A stretch of 64,000 nt of DNA from Escherichia coli. GTDB lineage: Bacteria > Pseudomonadota > Gammaproteobacteria > Enterobacterales > Enterobacteriaceae. The DNA lies in the NCBI RefSeq assembly GCF_013122565.1, contig NZ_CP053258.1; one strand, given 5' to 3'. A program made the translations under genes and the position numbers. Below the pieces are notes generated by a model. It saw only the letters and a list, made by a program, of their open reading frames with translations. It ran no database searches and was not told the origin of the DNA. Of this stretch, positions 44,534 through 55,423 are shown one piece after another. The stretch's first letter is position 1, and each line of letters starts with the position of its first letter.

Positions 44534-46831
44534 ATGAAATGGCTATGTTCAGTAGGAATCGCGGTGAGTCTGGCCCTGCAGCCAGCACTGGCGGATGATT
44601 TATTCGGTAACCATCCATTAACGCCTGAAGCGCGGGATGCGTTCGTCACCGAACTGCTTAAGAAAATGACAGTTGATGAGAAAATTGGTCAGCTGCGCTT
44701 AATCAGCGTCGGCCCGGATAACCCGAAAGAGGCGATCCGCGAGATGATCAAAGACGGTCAGGTTGGGGCGATTTTCAATACCGTAACCCGTCAGGATATC
44801 CGCGCCATGCAGGATCAGGTGATGGAATTAAGCCGCCTGAAAATTCCTCTTTTCTTTGCTTACGACGTGCTGCACGGTCAGCGCACGGTGTTCCCGATTA
44901 GCCTCGGTCTGGCCTCGTCTTTTAACCTCGATGCAGTAAAAACGGTCGGACGTGTCTCTGCTTATGAAGCGGCAGATGATGGCCTGAATATGACCTGGGC
45001 ACCGATGGTCGATGTCTCGCGCGATCCGCGCTGGGGACGTGCTTCCGAAGGTTTTGGCGAAGATACGTATCTCACCTCAACAATGGGTAAAACCATGGTG
45101 GAAGCGATGCAGGGTAAAAGCCCGGCAGATCGCTACTCGGTGATGACCAGCGTCAAACACTTTGCCGCATACGGCGCGGTAGAAGGCGGTAAAGAGTACA
45201 ACACCGTCGATATGAGTCCGCAGCGCCTGTTTAATGATTATATGCCGCCGTACAAAGCGGGGCTGGACGCAGGCAGCGGCGCGGTGATGGTGGCGCTGAA
45301 CTCGCTGAACGGCACGCCAGCCACCTCCGATTCCTGGCTGCTGAAAGATGTTCTGCGCGACCAGTGGGGCTTTAAAGGCATCACCGTTTCCGATCACGGT
45401 GCAATCAAAGAGCTGATTAAACATGGCACGGCGGCAGACCCGGAAGATGCGGTGCGCGTGGCGCTGAAATCCGGAATCAACATGAGCATGAGCGACGAGT
45501 ACTACTCGAAGTATCTGCCTGGGTTGATCAAATCTGGCAAAGTGACGATGGCAGAGCTGGACGATGCTGCCCGCCATGTACTGAACGTTAAATATGATAT
45601 GGGGTTGTTTAACGACCCATACAGCCATTTGGGGCCGAAAGAGTCTGACCCGGTGGATACCAATGCCGAAAGCCGCCTGCACCGTAAAGAAGCGCGTGAA
45701 GTGGCGCGTGAAAGCCTGGTGTTGCTGAAAAACCGTCTCGAAACGTTACCGCTGAAAAAATCGGCCACCATTGCGGTGGTTGGGCCACTGGCGGACAGTA
45801 AACGTGACGTGATGGGCAGCTGGTCCGCAGCCGGTGTTGCCGATCAATCCGTGACCGTACTGACCGGGATTAAAAATGCCGTCGGTGAAAACGGTAAAGT
45901 GCGGTACGCCAAAGGGGCGAACGTTACCAGTGACAAAGGCATTATCGATTTCCTGAATCAGTATGAAGAAGCGGTCAAAGTCGATCCGCGCTCGCCGCAA
46001 GAGATGATTGATGAAGCGGTGCAGACTGCGAAACAATCTGATGTGGTGGTGGCTGTGGTCGGTGAAGCACAAGGCATGGCGCACGAGGCCTCCAGCCGTA
46101 CCGATATCACTATTCCGCAAAGCCAACGTGACTTGATTGCGGCGCTGAAAGCCACTGGTAAACCGCTGGTGCTGGTGCTGATGAACGGGCGTCCGCTGGC
46201 GCTGGTGAAAGAAGATCAGCAGGCTGATGCGATTCTGGAAACCTGGTTTGCGGGGACTGAAGGCGGTAATGCAATTGCCGATGTATTGTTTGGCGATTAC
46301 AACCCGTCCGGCAAGCTGCCAATGTCCTTCCCGCGTTCTGTCGGGCAGATCCCGGTGTACTACAGCCATCTGAATACCGGGCGTCCGTATAATGCCGACA
46401 AGCCGAACAAATACACTTCGCGTTATTTTGATGAGGCTAACGGGGCGCTGTATCCGTTCGGCTATGGTCTGAGCTATACCACTTTCACCGTCTCTGATGT
46501 GAAACTTTCTGCGCCGACCATGAAGCGTGACGGTAAAGTAACTGCCAGCGTGCAGGTGACGAACACCGGTAAGCGCGAAGGGGCGACGGTAGTCCAGATG
46601 TACTTGCAGGATGTGACGGCTTCCATGAGCCGTCCAGTGAAGCAGCTGAAAGGCTTTGAGAAAATCACCCTGAAGCCGGGCGAAACTCAGACCGTCAGCT
46701 TCCCGATTGATATCGAGGCGCTGAAGTTCTGGAATCAGCAGATGAAATATGACGCCGAGCCTGGCAAGTTCAATGTCTTTATCGGCACTGATTCCGCACG
46801 CGTTAAGAAAGGCGAGTTTGAGTTGCTGTAA
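44534..46831 (+). CDS. bglX: Periplasmic beta-glucosidase (GH3)
   Basis: ORF-track 44462..46831; ATG at 44534 gives 765-aa protein with signal peptide MKWLCSVGIAVSLALQPALA; matches BglX. Confidence 0.93.
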   Translation: MKWLCSVGIAVSLALQPALADDLFGNHPLTPEARDAFVTELLKKMTVDEKIGQLRLISVGPDNPKEAIREMIKDGQVGAIFNTVTRQDIRAMQDQVMELSRLKIPLFFAYDVLHGQRTVFPISLGLASSFNLDAVKTVGRVSAYEAADDGLNMTWAPMVDVSRDPRWGRASEGFGEDTYLTSTMGKTMVEAMQGKSPADRYSVMTSVKHFAAYGAVEGGKEYNTVDMSPQRLFNDYMPPYKAGLDAGSGAVMVALNSLNGTPATSDSWLLKDVLRDQWGFKGITVSDHGAIKELIKHGTAADPEDAVRVALKSGINMSMSDEYYSKYLPGLIKSGKVTMAELDDAARHVLNVKYDMGLFNDPYSHLGPKESDPVDTNAESRLHRKEAREVARESLVLLKNRLETLPLKKSATIAVVGPLADSKRDVMGSWSAAGVADQSVTVLTGIKNAVGENGKVRYAKGANVTSDKGIIDFLNQYEEAVKVDPRSPQEMIDEAVQTAKQSDVVVAVVGEAQGMAHEASSRTDITIPQSQRDLIAALKATGKPLVLVLMNGRPLALVKEDQQADAILETWFAGTEGGNAIADVLFGDYNPSGKLPMSFPRSVGQIPVYYSHLNTGRPYNADKPNKYTSRYFDEANGALYPFGYGLSYTTFTVSDVKLSAPTMKRDGKVTASVQVTNTGKREGATVVQMYLQDVTASMSRPVKQLKGFEKITLKPGETQTVSFPIDIEALKFWNQQMKYDAEPGKFNVFIGTDSARVKKGEFELL

Positions 46832-46840
46832 TGCTTTAGT

Positions 46841-46900
46841 AAGGGCGCGACGTTTGCGCCCTTTGTAGGCCGGATAAGGCGCTCGCGCCGCATCCGGCAG
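46841..46900 (+). terminator. bglX terminator hairpin followed by a REP unit
   Basis: Stem aagggcgc / gcgccctt with 7-nt loop, then taggccggataaggcgctcgcgccgcatccggcag REP. Confidence 0.6.
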
Positions 46901-47041
46901 GAAACGCCGGACCGAATATGCCTCTTAAGTATTTATCTGATTCTGCAACTGATTCCTTCCGCTCAGGCTAACCCCGCCATTATCAACTATGCTTTTCTCT
47001 TAATTCGCTGAAAACAACAGTAAAAGAATGAGGAAAGCATC

Positions 47042-47959
47042 ATGCCACTCTTAAAGCTCTGGGCAGGTTCACTGGTTATGTTGGCAGCCGTGAGCCTGCC
47101 GCTACAGGCGGCTTCCCCCGTTAAAGTCGGTTCAAAAATCGATACCGAAGGCGCGCTGCTCGGCAACATCATCTTGCAGGTACTCGAAAGCCACGGCGTA
47201 CCGACGGTGAATAAAGTGCAACTCGGAACGACTCCTGTGGTGCGCGGGGCGATTACTTCCGGTGAACTGGATATCTATCCGGAATATACCGGCAATGGCG
47301 CTTTCTTCTTTAAAGATGAAAACGATGCAGCGTGGAAAAATGCCGGGCAGGGCTACGAGAAAGTCAAAAAGCTCGATGCGGAGCACAACAAGTTAATCTG
47401 GCTGACGCCCGCACCTGCGAATAACACCTGGACCATCGCCGTGCGTCAGGATGTGGCAGAGAAAAACAAACTCACTTCGCTTGCTGACCTGAGTCGTTAT
47501 CTGAAAGAGGGCGGAACCTTCAAACTGGCAGCCTCGGCAGAGTTTATCGAACGCGCCGATGCCTTACCCGCGTTTGAAAAAGCCTACGACTTTAAACTCG
47601 ATCAGGATCAGTTACTGTCACTGGCCGGTGGCGACACGGCGGTAACGATTAAAGCCGCTGCCCAGCAAACTTCTGGCGTTAATGCCGCAATGGCTTACGG
47701 CACTGACGGTCCGGTCGCGGCGCTGGGGCTGCAAACCTTAAGCGATCCGCAAGGCGTGCAACCTATCTACGCGCCTGCACCAGTAGTGCGTGAATCGGTG
47801 TTGAAGGAATATCCGCAAATGGCACAGTGGCTACAGCCAGTCTTCGCCAGCCTCGATGCAAAAACATTGCAGCAACTGAATGCCAGCATTGCAGTGGAAG
47901 GACTGGATGCCAAAAAAGTGGCTGCCGACTACCTGAAACAAAAAGGGTGGACGAAGTAA
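47042..47959 (+). CDS. osmF: Glycine betaine ABC transporter periplasmic binding protein
   Basis: 305-aa ORF with signal peptide MPLLKLWAGSLVMLAAVSLPLQAA; matches OsmF/YehZ. Confidence 0.93.
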   Translation: MPLLKLWAGSLVMLAAVSLPLQAASPVKVGSKIDTEGALLGNIILQVLESHGVPTVNKVQLGTTPVVRGAITSGELDIYPEYTGNGAFFFKDENDAAWKNAGQGYEKVKKLDAEHNKLIWLTPAPANNTWTIAVRQDVAEKNKLTSLADLSRYLKEGGTFKLAASAEFIERADALPAFEKAYDFKLDQDQLLSLAGGDTAVTIKAAAQQTSGVNAAMAYGTDGPVAALGLQTLSDPQGVQPIYAPAPVVRESVLKEYPQMAQWLQPVFASLDAKTLQQLNASIAVEGLDAKKVAADYLKQKGWTK

Positions 47960-47965
47960 TTTCCC

Positions 47966-49123
47966 GTGACTTATCTACGTATTAATCCTGTTCTGGCGCT
48001 GCTGCTGTTGCTGACGGCAATCGCAGCGGCGCTGCCGTTTATCAGTTACGCGCCTAATCGTTTAGTCTCGGGTGAAGGGCGACATCTCTGGCAGCTGTGG
48101 CCGCAAACGATCTGGATGCTGGTGGGCTTTGGTTGCGCCTGGCTGACAGCCTGTTTTATTCCCGCTAAAAAAGGCAGCATTTTTGCACTCATTCTGGCGC
48201 AATTCGTCTTCGTATTGCTGGTGTGGGGAGCTGGAAAGGCGGCGACCCAACTGGCGCAAAATGGCAGTTCGCTGGCGCGTACCAGCCTCGGCAGTGGTTT
48301 CTGGCTGGCTGCCGCGCTGGCATTGCTGGCCTGTAGCGATGCCATCCGCCGAATCTCCACGCATCCGCTGTGGCGCTGGTTGTTGCATATGCAGATTGCC
48401 ATTATTCCGCTGTGGTTGCTGTACTCCGGCATGCTTAACGATCTCTCACTAATGAAAGAATACGCCAACCGTCAGGATGTGTTTGACGACGCGCTGGCAC
48501 AACATCTGACGTTGCTGTTTGGTGCGGTGCTGCCTGCGTTAGTGATTGGTGTGCCGTTGGGCATCTGGTGCTACTTTTCCACTGCGCGGCAGGGGGCAAT
48601 TTTTTCTCTGTTCAATGTCATTCAGACCGTGCCTTCGGTAGCGCTTTTTGGCCTGTTGATTGCGCCGCTTGCCGCGCTGGTTACGGCCTTTCCGTGGCTG
48701 GGGAAGCTCGGCATAGCAGGAACCGGAATGACACCCGCACTGATTGCGCTGGTGCTCTATGCCTTGCTGCCGCTGGTGCGCGGCGTGGTAGTCGGTTTGA
48801 ACCAGATCCCGCGCGATGTGCTGGAGAGCGCCAGAGCGATGGGCATGAGCGGGGCGCAGCGATTCCTGCATGTTCAGTTACCACTGGCGTTACCGGTATT
48901 TCTGCGCAGCCTGCGGGTGGTGATGGTGCAAACTGTAGGTATGGCGGTGATTGCGGCGTTAATCGGCGCAGGCGGTTTTGGTGCGCTGGTTTTCCAGGGG
49001 CTGCTAAGCAGCGCCATTGATTTAGTGTTGCTGGGGGTGATCCCGGTAATTGTTCTGGCGGTGCTTACCGACGCGCTGTTCGATTTGCTTATCGCACTGC
49101 TGAAGGTGAAACGTAATGATTGA
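47966..49123 (+). CDS. yehY: Glycine betaine ABC transporter permease
   Basis: 385-aa membrane ORF (GTG start at 47966) matching YehY. Confidence 0.88.
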   Translation: MTYLRINPVLALLLLLTAIAAALPFISYAPNRLVSGEGRHLWQLWPQTIWMLVGFGCAWLTACFIPAKKGSIFALILAQFVFVLLVWGAGKAATQLAQNGSSLARTSLGSGFWLAAALALLACSDAIRRISTHPLWRWLLHMQIAIIPLWLLYSGMLNDLSLMKEYANRQDVFDDALAQHLTLLFGAVLPALVIGVPLGIWCYFSTARQGAIFSLFNVIQTVPSVALFGLLIAPLAALVTAFPWLGKLGIAGTGMTPALIALVLYALLPLVRGVVVGLNQIPRDVLESARAMGMSGAQRFLHVQLPLALPVFLRSLRVVMVQTVGMAVIAALIGAGGFGALVFQGLLSSAIDLVLLGVIPVIVLAVLTDALFDLLIALLKVKRND

Positions 49124-50042
49124 ATTTAGCCATGTCAGCAAACTGTTCGGCGCACAAAAAGCCGTTAACGATCTCAATCTCAATTTTCAGGAAGGGAGTT
49201 TTTCGGTGCTGATTGGCACATCTGGTTCCGGCAAATCCACCACCCTGAAAATGATTAATCGCCTGGTGGAGCATGACAGCGGAGAGATCCGCTTTGCCGG
49301 AGAAGAAATTCGTTCGCTGCCAGTACTGGAGTTGCGCCGCCGGATGGGCTATGCCATTCAATCTATTGGCCTGTTCCCCCACTGGAGCGTGGCGCAAAAC
49401 ATCGCTACCGTGCCGCAATTGCAAAAATGGTCGCGGGCGCGGATTGACGATCGTATCGACGAATTAATGGCGCTACTGGGGCTGGAGTCAAATTTGCGTG
49501 AGCGTTATCCGCATCAGCTTTCCGGTGGTCAGCAGCAACGTGTGGGAGTGGCGCGCGCACTGGCTGCCGATCCGCAAGTCTTACTGATGGATGAACCCTT
49601 TGGCGCACTGGACCCGGTAACGCGCGGCGCGTTGCAACAAGAGATGACGCGCATTCACCGTTTGCTGGGGCGCACTATTGTGCTGGTCACTCATGATATT
49701 GATGAGGCGCTACGGCTGGCAGAACATCTGGTATTGATGGATCGCGGTGAAGTGGTGCAGCAGGGCAATCCGCTGACGATGCTGACTCGTCCGGCGAATG
49801 ATTTTGTCCGCCAGTTTTTTGGACGTAGTGAACTGGGTGTGCGCCTGCTTTCGTTACGTAGTGTGGCGGATTACGTGCGTCGCGAAGAACGAGCAGAAGG
49901 TGAGGCACTGGCAGAAGAGATGACGCTACGCGATGCGCTCTCTCTGTTTGTCGCGCGGGGATGCGAGGTGCTGCCGGTGGTGAACATGCTGGGCCAGCCT
50001 TGCGGCACGCTGCATTTTCAGGATCTGCTGGTGGAGGCGTAA
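49116..50042 (+). CDS. yehX: Glycine betaine ABC transporter ATP-binding protein
   Basis: 308-aa ORF with Walker [10 protein letters not shown] and signature LSGGQQQR; overlaps yehY by 8 nt. Confidence 0.93.
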   Translation: MIEFSHVSKLFGAQKAVNDLNLNFQEGSFSVLIGTSGSGKSTTLKMINRLVEHDSGEIRFAGEEIRSLPVLELRRRMGYAIQSIGLFPHWSVAQNIATVPQLQKWSRARIDDRIDELMALLGLESNLRERYPHQLSGGQQQRVGVARALAADPQVLLMDEPFGALDPVTRGALQQEMTRIHRLLGRTIVLVTHDIDEALRLAEHLVLMDRGEVVQQGNPLTMLTRPANDFVRQFFGRSELGVRLLSLRSVADYVRREERAEGEALAEEMTLRDALSLFVARGCEVLPVVNMLGQPCGTLHFQDLLVEA

Positions 50043-50046
50043 ACGT

Positions 50047-50778
50047 ATGAAGATGTTGCGCGATCCGCTGTTCTGGCTCATTGCTCTGTTTGTGGCACTG
50101 ATTTTCTGGCTGCCTTACAGCCAGCCGCTGTTTGCTGCCTTGTTCCCACAACTGCCACGACCCGTTTATCAGCAAGAAAGTTTTGCAGCTCTGGCACTGG
50201 CTCATTTCTGGCTGGTGGGAATTTCGAGTTTGTTTGCGGTGATCATTGGTACTGGTGCCGGAATTGCAGTCACTCGCCCGTGGGGCGCGGAATTTCGCCC
50301 ACTGGTGGAAACTATTGCCGCCGTTGGGCAGACTTTTCCGCCTGTCGCAGTGCTGGCGATTGCTGTTCCGGTGATCGGCTTTGGTCTGCAACCAGCGATT
50401 ATCGCCTTGATCCTGTACGGCGTGCTGCCCGTCCTGCAGGCGACACTTGCCGGGCTGGGAGCGATTGATGCCAGCGTGACAGAAGTTGCGAAGGGTATGG
50501 GAATGAGTCGTGGTCAGCGACTGCGTAAGGTCGAGCTACCGCTGGCGGCTCCGGTGATTCTGGCGGGCGTGCGAACTTCGGTGATTATCAACATTGGTAC
50601 GGCGACAATCGCCTCAACGGTAGGGGCCAGCACGCTGGGTACGCCCATCATCATCGGGCTTAGCGGATTTAATACCGCGTATGTGATCCAGGGGGCGTTA
50701 CTGGTGGCACTGGCGGCGATCATCGCAGACCGCCTGTTTGAAAGGCTGGTGCAGGCGCTTAGCCAGCACGCAAAATAA
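50047..50778 (+). CDS. yehW: Glycine betaine ABC transporter permease
   Basis: 243-aa membrane ORF matching YehW. Confidence 0.92.
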
Positions 50779-50866
50779 AGGTATAACCTGCGAGCATGAC
50801 GCCACCAATTCCGCCTAACGCCATAAACAGGAACAGGGCGATGACCCCAATTTTAGCTATGCGCAT
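50759..50866 (-). CDS. yohO: Small membrane protein YohO (35 aa)
   Basis: Hand translation of the minus strand: [35 protein letters not shown], preceded by aaggag SD; 3' end overlaps the yehW stop region convergently; absent from the ORF track. Confidence 0.7.
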
Positions 50867-50925
50867 AATGCACTCCTTATGTTAACGAAAGGATTGTACA
50901 GTAAAGCGCATTTGTTAACGAATCA

Positions 50926-51657
50926 TTAAATGCCGAGTGGGAAAATATCATGGCCTTGTTCTTGCCAACTGGTGAGTTGCTGCTGTTGGGCGGAGGTTCG
51001 ATTTTCACCGCACCACACCAGCAATGTACGGCCTTCGAATAGTTCAGGGCGTAGTTGATTGAGCGAGTGGGCGAGGACATCAATGCGCCATCCTTGTTGA
51101 CTGGCAATCCAGCCCTCCAGCCACAGACGGGTGGTATCCTGAATATTCCAGCCAACCACCAGCGCATCTTTACCCTGTTTTTTACGTGCCGAAGCCAGAC
51201 AAATGGCGATGTAGTTGATCAGTACGCCGTCGAGGATCGCCAGCAGCGCCTGGAGAGTCGGTTGTTGGCACTGAAGCCGTCGGCGCAGAGGAATAAACAG
51301 ATGCGTGGTGAGTGTCTGGGCGGGGTAATCCTGACCGCGCTCTTTGATCCACGTTCGCAGGCTATGCAGATTGCCGCTTTGCAGGTAAGTCAGTAATGTT
51401 TCTTGCTGATCGCGCCAGCCGTTCTGCACATCAACATTTTCATTACTGAGCAGCACTTTTACTTTGCTGACCTGCACGCCGTTGTCGATCCAGCGTTTGA
51501 TCTCGCGGATCCGGTCAATATCGGCATCGTTGAACAGCCGATGACCGCCGTCTGTCCGTTGCGGTTTCAGCAATCCGTAACGCCTCTGCCACGCGCGTAA
51601 CGTGACAGGGTTAATATCACAAAGCAACGCCACTTCACCAATTGTGTAAAGCGCCAT
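50926..51657 (-). CDS. mlrA: MerR-family transcriptional regulator MlrA (curli/csgD activator)
   Basis: 243-aa ORF MALYTIGEVALLCDINPVTLRAWQRRYGLL... (MerR HTH); matches MlrA. Confidence 0.93.
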   Translation of the reverse strand: MALYTIGEVALLCDINPVTLRAWQRRYGLLKPQRTDGGHRLFNDADIDRIREIKRWIDNGVQVSKVKVLLSNENVDVQNGWRDQQETLLTYLQSGNLHSLRTWIKERGQDYPAQTLTTHLFIPLRRRLQCQQPTLQALLAILDGVLINYIAICLASARKKQGKDALVVGWNIQDTTRLWLEGWIASQQGWRIDVLAHSLNQLRPELFEGRTLLVWCGENRTSAQQQQLTSWQEQGHDIFPLGI

Positions 51658-51878
51658 CGTCTCACCCTTGCTCGCGAGGTCCCGGTTTAACTTTAGACGC
51701 AGTTTTGCGAACCAGGTAGTTTTGCCCGTTTTTTGTGCATCTATAGGGTGATTTTATTTTTGCCAGGCGATTTTGAGTGATCGTACTCACGAATTCTCAT
51801 TTTTCTGCAAGAGTTCAAAGAAAGTTAAACGCAGGCAATGTATGTTACGCGTTTTAAAGGGAAGTGTGGTTTGCGGGT

Positions 51879-53564
51879 ATGTACGATTTTAATCTGGTGT
51901 TGCTGCTGCTTCAGCAGATGTGCGTTTTTTTAGTCATTGCATGGTTAATGAGTAAAACGCCATTATTCATACCGTTAATGCAGGTCACGGTTCGTCTGCC
52001 GCATAAATTTCTCTGCTACATCGTCTTTTCCATCTTCTGCATCATGGGCACCTGGTTTGGGTTGCACATTGACGATTCTATTGCCAATACCCGTGCGATA
52101 GGCGCGGTAATGGGCGGCTTACTCGGCGGTCCGGTCGTCGGTGGACTGGTTGGTCTGACCGGCGGGTTACATCGATATTCGATGGGGGGCATGACCGCGT
52201 TAAGTTGCATGATCTCGACCATCGTTGAAGGATTGCTCGGCGGCCTGGTACACAGCATCCTGATCCGCCGCGGGCGCACTGATAAAGTCTTTAACCCCAT
52301 TACCGCCGGTGCCGTCACGTTCGTCGCTGAAATGGTGCAAATGTTGATCATCCTGGCAATCGCCCGACCTTATGAAGATGCGGTGCGTCTGGTGAGTAAT
52401 ATTGCTGCGCCAATGATGGTCACCAATACCGTCGGCGCGGCGCTGTTTATGCGTATATTGCTCGATAAACGCGCGATGTTTGAAAAATACACTTCAGCTT
52501 TTTCTGCCACTGCGCTGAAAGTGGCGGCCTCGACGGAAGGCATTTTGCGTCAGGGGTTTAACGAAGTGAACAGCATGAAAGTGGCACAGGTGCTGTATCA
52601 GGAGCTGGATATTGGTGCAGTCGCGATTACCGATAGAGAGAAATTGCTGGCCTTTACCGGAATTGGTGACGACCACCATTTACCCGGCAAACCGATTTCT
52701 TCGACTTACACCTTAAAAGCGATTGAAACCGGTGAAGTGGTCTACGCTGATGGCAACGAAGTACCTTATCGTTGCTCTTTGCATCCGCAATGCAAACTGG
52801 GGTCGACGCTGGTAATTCCGTTGCGTGGTGAAAATCAGCGGGTGATGGGCACCATCAAATTGTATGAAGCCAAAAACCGTTTATTCAGTTCAATCAACCG
52901 CACGCTGGGCGAGGGGATTGCGCAACTGCTTTCGGCGCAGATCCTCGCCGGGCAATATGAGCGGCAAAAAGCGATGCTCACCCAGTCAGAGATCAAACTG
53001 CTTCACGCCCAGGTGAACCCCCATTTTTTGTTTAATGCGCTTAACACCATTAAAGCGGTGATCCGTCGCGACAGCGAACAGGCCAGCCAGCTGGTGCAGT
53101 ATCTTTCCACTTTTTTCCGCAAAAACTTAAAGCGGCCTTCGGAGTTTGTTACTCTCGCCGACGAAATTGAACATGTGAATGCTTATCTGCAAATTGAAAA
53201 GGCGCGCTTCCAGTCGCGGTTGCAGGTCAACATTGCTATTCCGCAAGAATTATCCCAGCAGCAATTGCCCGCGTTTACCCTGCAACCGATAGTGGAAAAC
53301 GCCATTAAACATGGGACATCACAACTGCTGGATACAGGGCGAGTGGCAATCAGCGCCCGACGTGAGGGGCAACATTTGATGCTGGAGATCGAAGACAATG
53401 CCGGTTTGTATCAACCGGTAACCAATGCCAGTGGGCTGGGGATGAATCTGGTGGATAAGCGTTTACGTGAACGGTTTGGCGATGACTATGGGATAAGCGT
53501 CGCCTGTGAGCCTGATAGTTACACCCGAATAACGTTACGACTACCATGGAGGGACGAGGCATGA
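51879..53564 (+). CDS. btsS: LytS-type sensor histidine kinase (pyruvate-responsive BtsS)
   Basis: ORF-track starts at a GTG (51864); ATG at 51879 gives 561-aa [15 protein letters not shown]...; 5TM-LytS N-terminus, GAF and His-kinase blocks. Confidence 0.9.
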
Positions 53565-54280
53565 TTAAAGTCTTAATTGTCGATGATGAACCGTTAGCAC
53601 GGGAGAACCTGCGCGTATTTTTGCAGGAGCAGAGCGATATTGAAATCGTTGGAGAGTGTTCAAACGCCGTGGAAGGGATCGGCGCGGTGCATAAACTGCG
53701 CCCGGATGTGCTGTTTCTCGATATCCAGATGCCGCGCATCAGTGGTCTGGAAATGGTGGGGATGCTTGACCCGGAACATCGCCCGTATATTGTTTTTCTC
53801 ACCGCGTTTGACGAATACGCCATTAAAGCCTTTGAAGAACATGCCTTTGATTATCTGCTGAAGCCAATTGATGAAGCGCGACTGGAGAAAACGCTGGCGC
53901 GTTTGCGGCAGGAACGCAGCAAGCAGGATGTTTCGCTGTTACCGGAAAATCAACAGGCGCTGAAATTTATCCCTTGTACGGGGCATAGTCGGATTTATTT
54001 GCTGCAAATGAAAGATGTGGCATTTGTCAGCAGTCGGATGAGCGGTGTCTACGTTACCAGCCACGAAGGGAAAGAGGGCTTTACCGAATTGACATTACGT
54101 ACCCTGGAAAGTCGTACACCACTACTGCGCTGCCATCGTCAGTATCTGGTTAACCTCGCGCATTTACAGGAGATTCGTCTGGAAGATAACGGCCAGGCCG
54201 AGTTGATTTTGCGTAATGGCTTAACCGTGCCGGTCAGCCGCCGTTATCTGAAAAGCTTAAAAGAGGCGATTGGCCTGTAA
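53561..54280 (+). CDS. btsR: LytTR-family response regulator BtsR
   Basis: ATG at 53561 (ATGA overlap with btsS stop) gives 239-aa [18 protein letters not shown]... Confidence 0.92.
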
Positions 54281-54326
54281 AAGACTGCTAAAATGGCTTT
54301 TTGCCTCATCAACACCTGAAGGCCTC

Positions 54327-54797
54327 ATGCTAAGTAACGATATTCTGCGCAGCGTGCGCTACATTTTGAAAGCCAATAATAATGACCTGGTGCGTATTCT
54401 GGCGCTGGGTAATGTCGAAGCCACCGCGGAACAGATCGCCGTCTGGCTACGTAAAGAAGACGAAGAGGGTTTTCAGCGTTGTCCGGACATTGTTTTGTCG
54501 TCATTCCTCAATGGCCTGATTTATGAAAAACGCGGCAAGGATGAGTCTGCTCCGGCACTGGAGCCGGAACGTCGCATTAATAACAACATCGTGCTGAAAA
54601 AATTACGCATCGCGTTTTCGCTGAAAACCGATGACATTCTGGCGATCCTCACCGAACAGCAGTTCCGCGTTTCGATGCCGGAAATTACAGCGATGATGCG
54701 CGCACCGGATCATAAAAACTTCCGCGAATGCGGCGATCAATTTTTACGTTATTTTCTGCGTGGACTGGCAGCGCGCCAGCATGTGAAGAAAAGCTAA
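54327..54797 (+). CDS. yehS: DUF1456-family protein YehS
   Basis: ORF-track 54270..54797; ATG at 54327 after tgaagg RBS gives 156-aa MLSNDILRSVRYILKANNNDLV... Confidence 0.85.
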   Translation: MLSNDILRSVRYILKANNNDLVRILALGNVEATAEQIAVWLRKEDEEGFQRCPDIVLSSFLNGLIYEKRGKDESAPALEPERRINNNIVLKKLRIAFSLKTDDILAILTEQQFRVSMPEITAMMRAPDHKNFRECGDQFLRYFLRGLAARQHVKKS

Positions 54798-54837
54798 GAC
54801 GGGTATGGCGGCCATGCGAAACATGGCCGCCGACAGA

Positions 54838-55299
54838 TTATTTCACTTCTTTAAAACCAGCGGCTTTCATCACCAGTTCCATTTGCGCCATAGTGATACC
54901 TTTTTTGGCATCTTCAGCAGAAACGTTGATTCCTGAAATACCCTGCAGGGCTTTAAAATCCACTTTTTCCATATCGATAGTCACGTTTTCCTGCGCGTAG
55001 GTATCGGTATAGGTTAATTTTTCTTCAACACCCTCGATGTTTTTGTATTTGGCGCTTAACGGCTCAAGTGTCTTGGCAGCATCTTCTTTGGTGGTTGCAC
55101 CAATGGAGGCAAATTGAATTTTGGTTTCAGAAGATTGCTTAAGCACCTTGTCACCTTTGTAGATATAGGTAATGGCAATTTCAGTGCCGTTCAGATTGGC
55201 GCTGAATTTCTTCGATTCTTCTTTGTCACCGCAGCCAGCAAGAGAGAAAACCAGAACAGATGCAACAACAAGGGAAAACAGCTTATTGAAAGCCTTCAT
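54838..55299 (-). CDS. yehR: Lipoprotein YehR
   Basis: ATG at 55299 gives 153-aa MKAFNKLFSLVVASVLVFSLAGC (lipobox). Confidence 0.88.
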   Translation of the reverse strand: MKAFNKLFSLVVASVLVFSLAGCGDKEESKKFSANLNGTEIAITYIYKGDKVLKQSSETKIQFASIGATTKEDAAKTLEPLSAKYKNIEGVEEKLTYTDTYAQENVTIDMEKVDFKALQGISGINVSAEDAKKGITMAQMELVMKAAGFKEVK

Positions 55300-55423
55300 G
55301 TAAAACTCCATTTTATTTAATCAAGGAACTGGTGACTCTCACCAGGGGCTATATAGGATATGCCTAATACCGTGGCGTGAGCAGTCCGGAACTGGAGTAG
55401 AACTCTTAGTAAAAAGCACTATT

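Noticed and set aside
45077-46369. Two minus-strand ORFs (201 and 207 aa)
   Set aside because: Antisense within bglX; no RBS, His/Arg-rich shadow frames.
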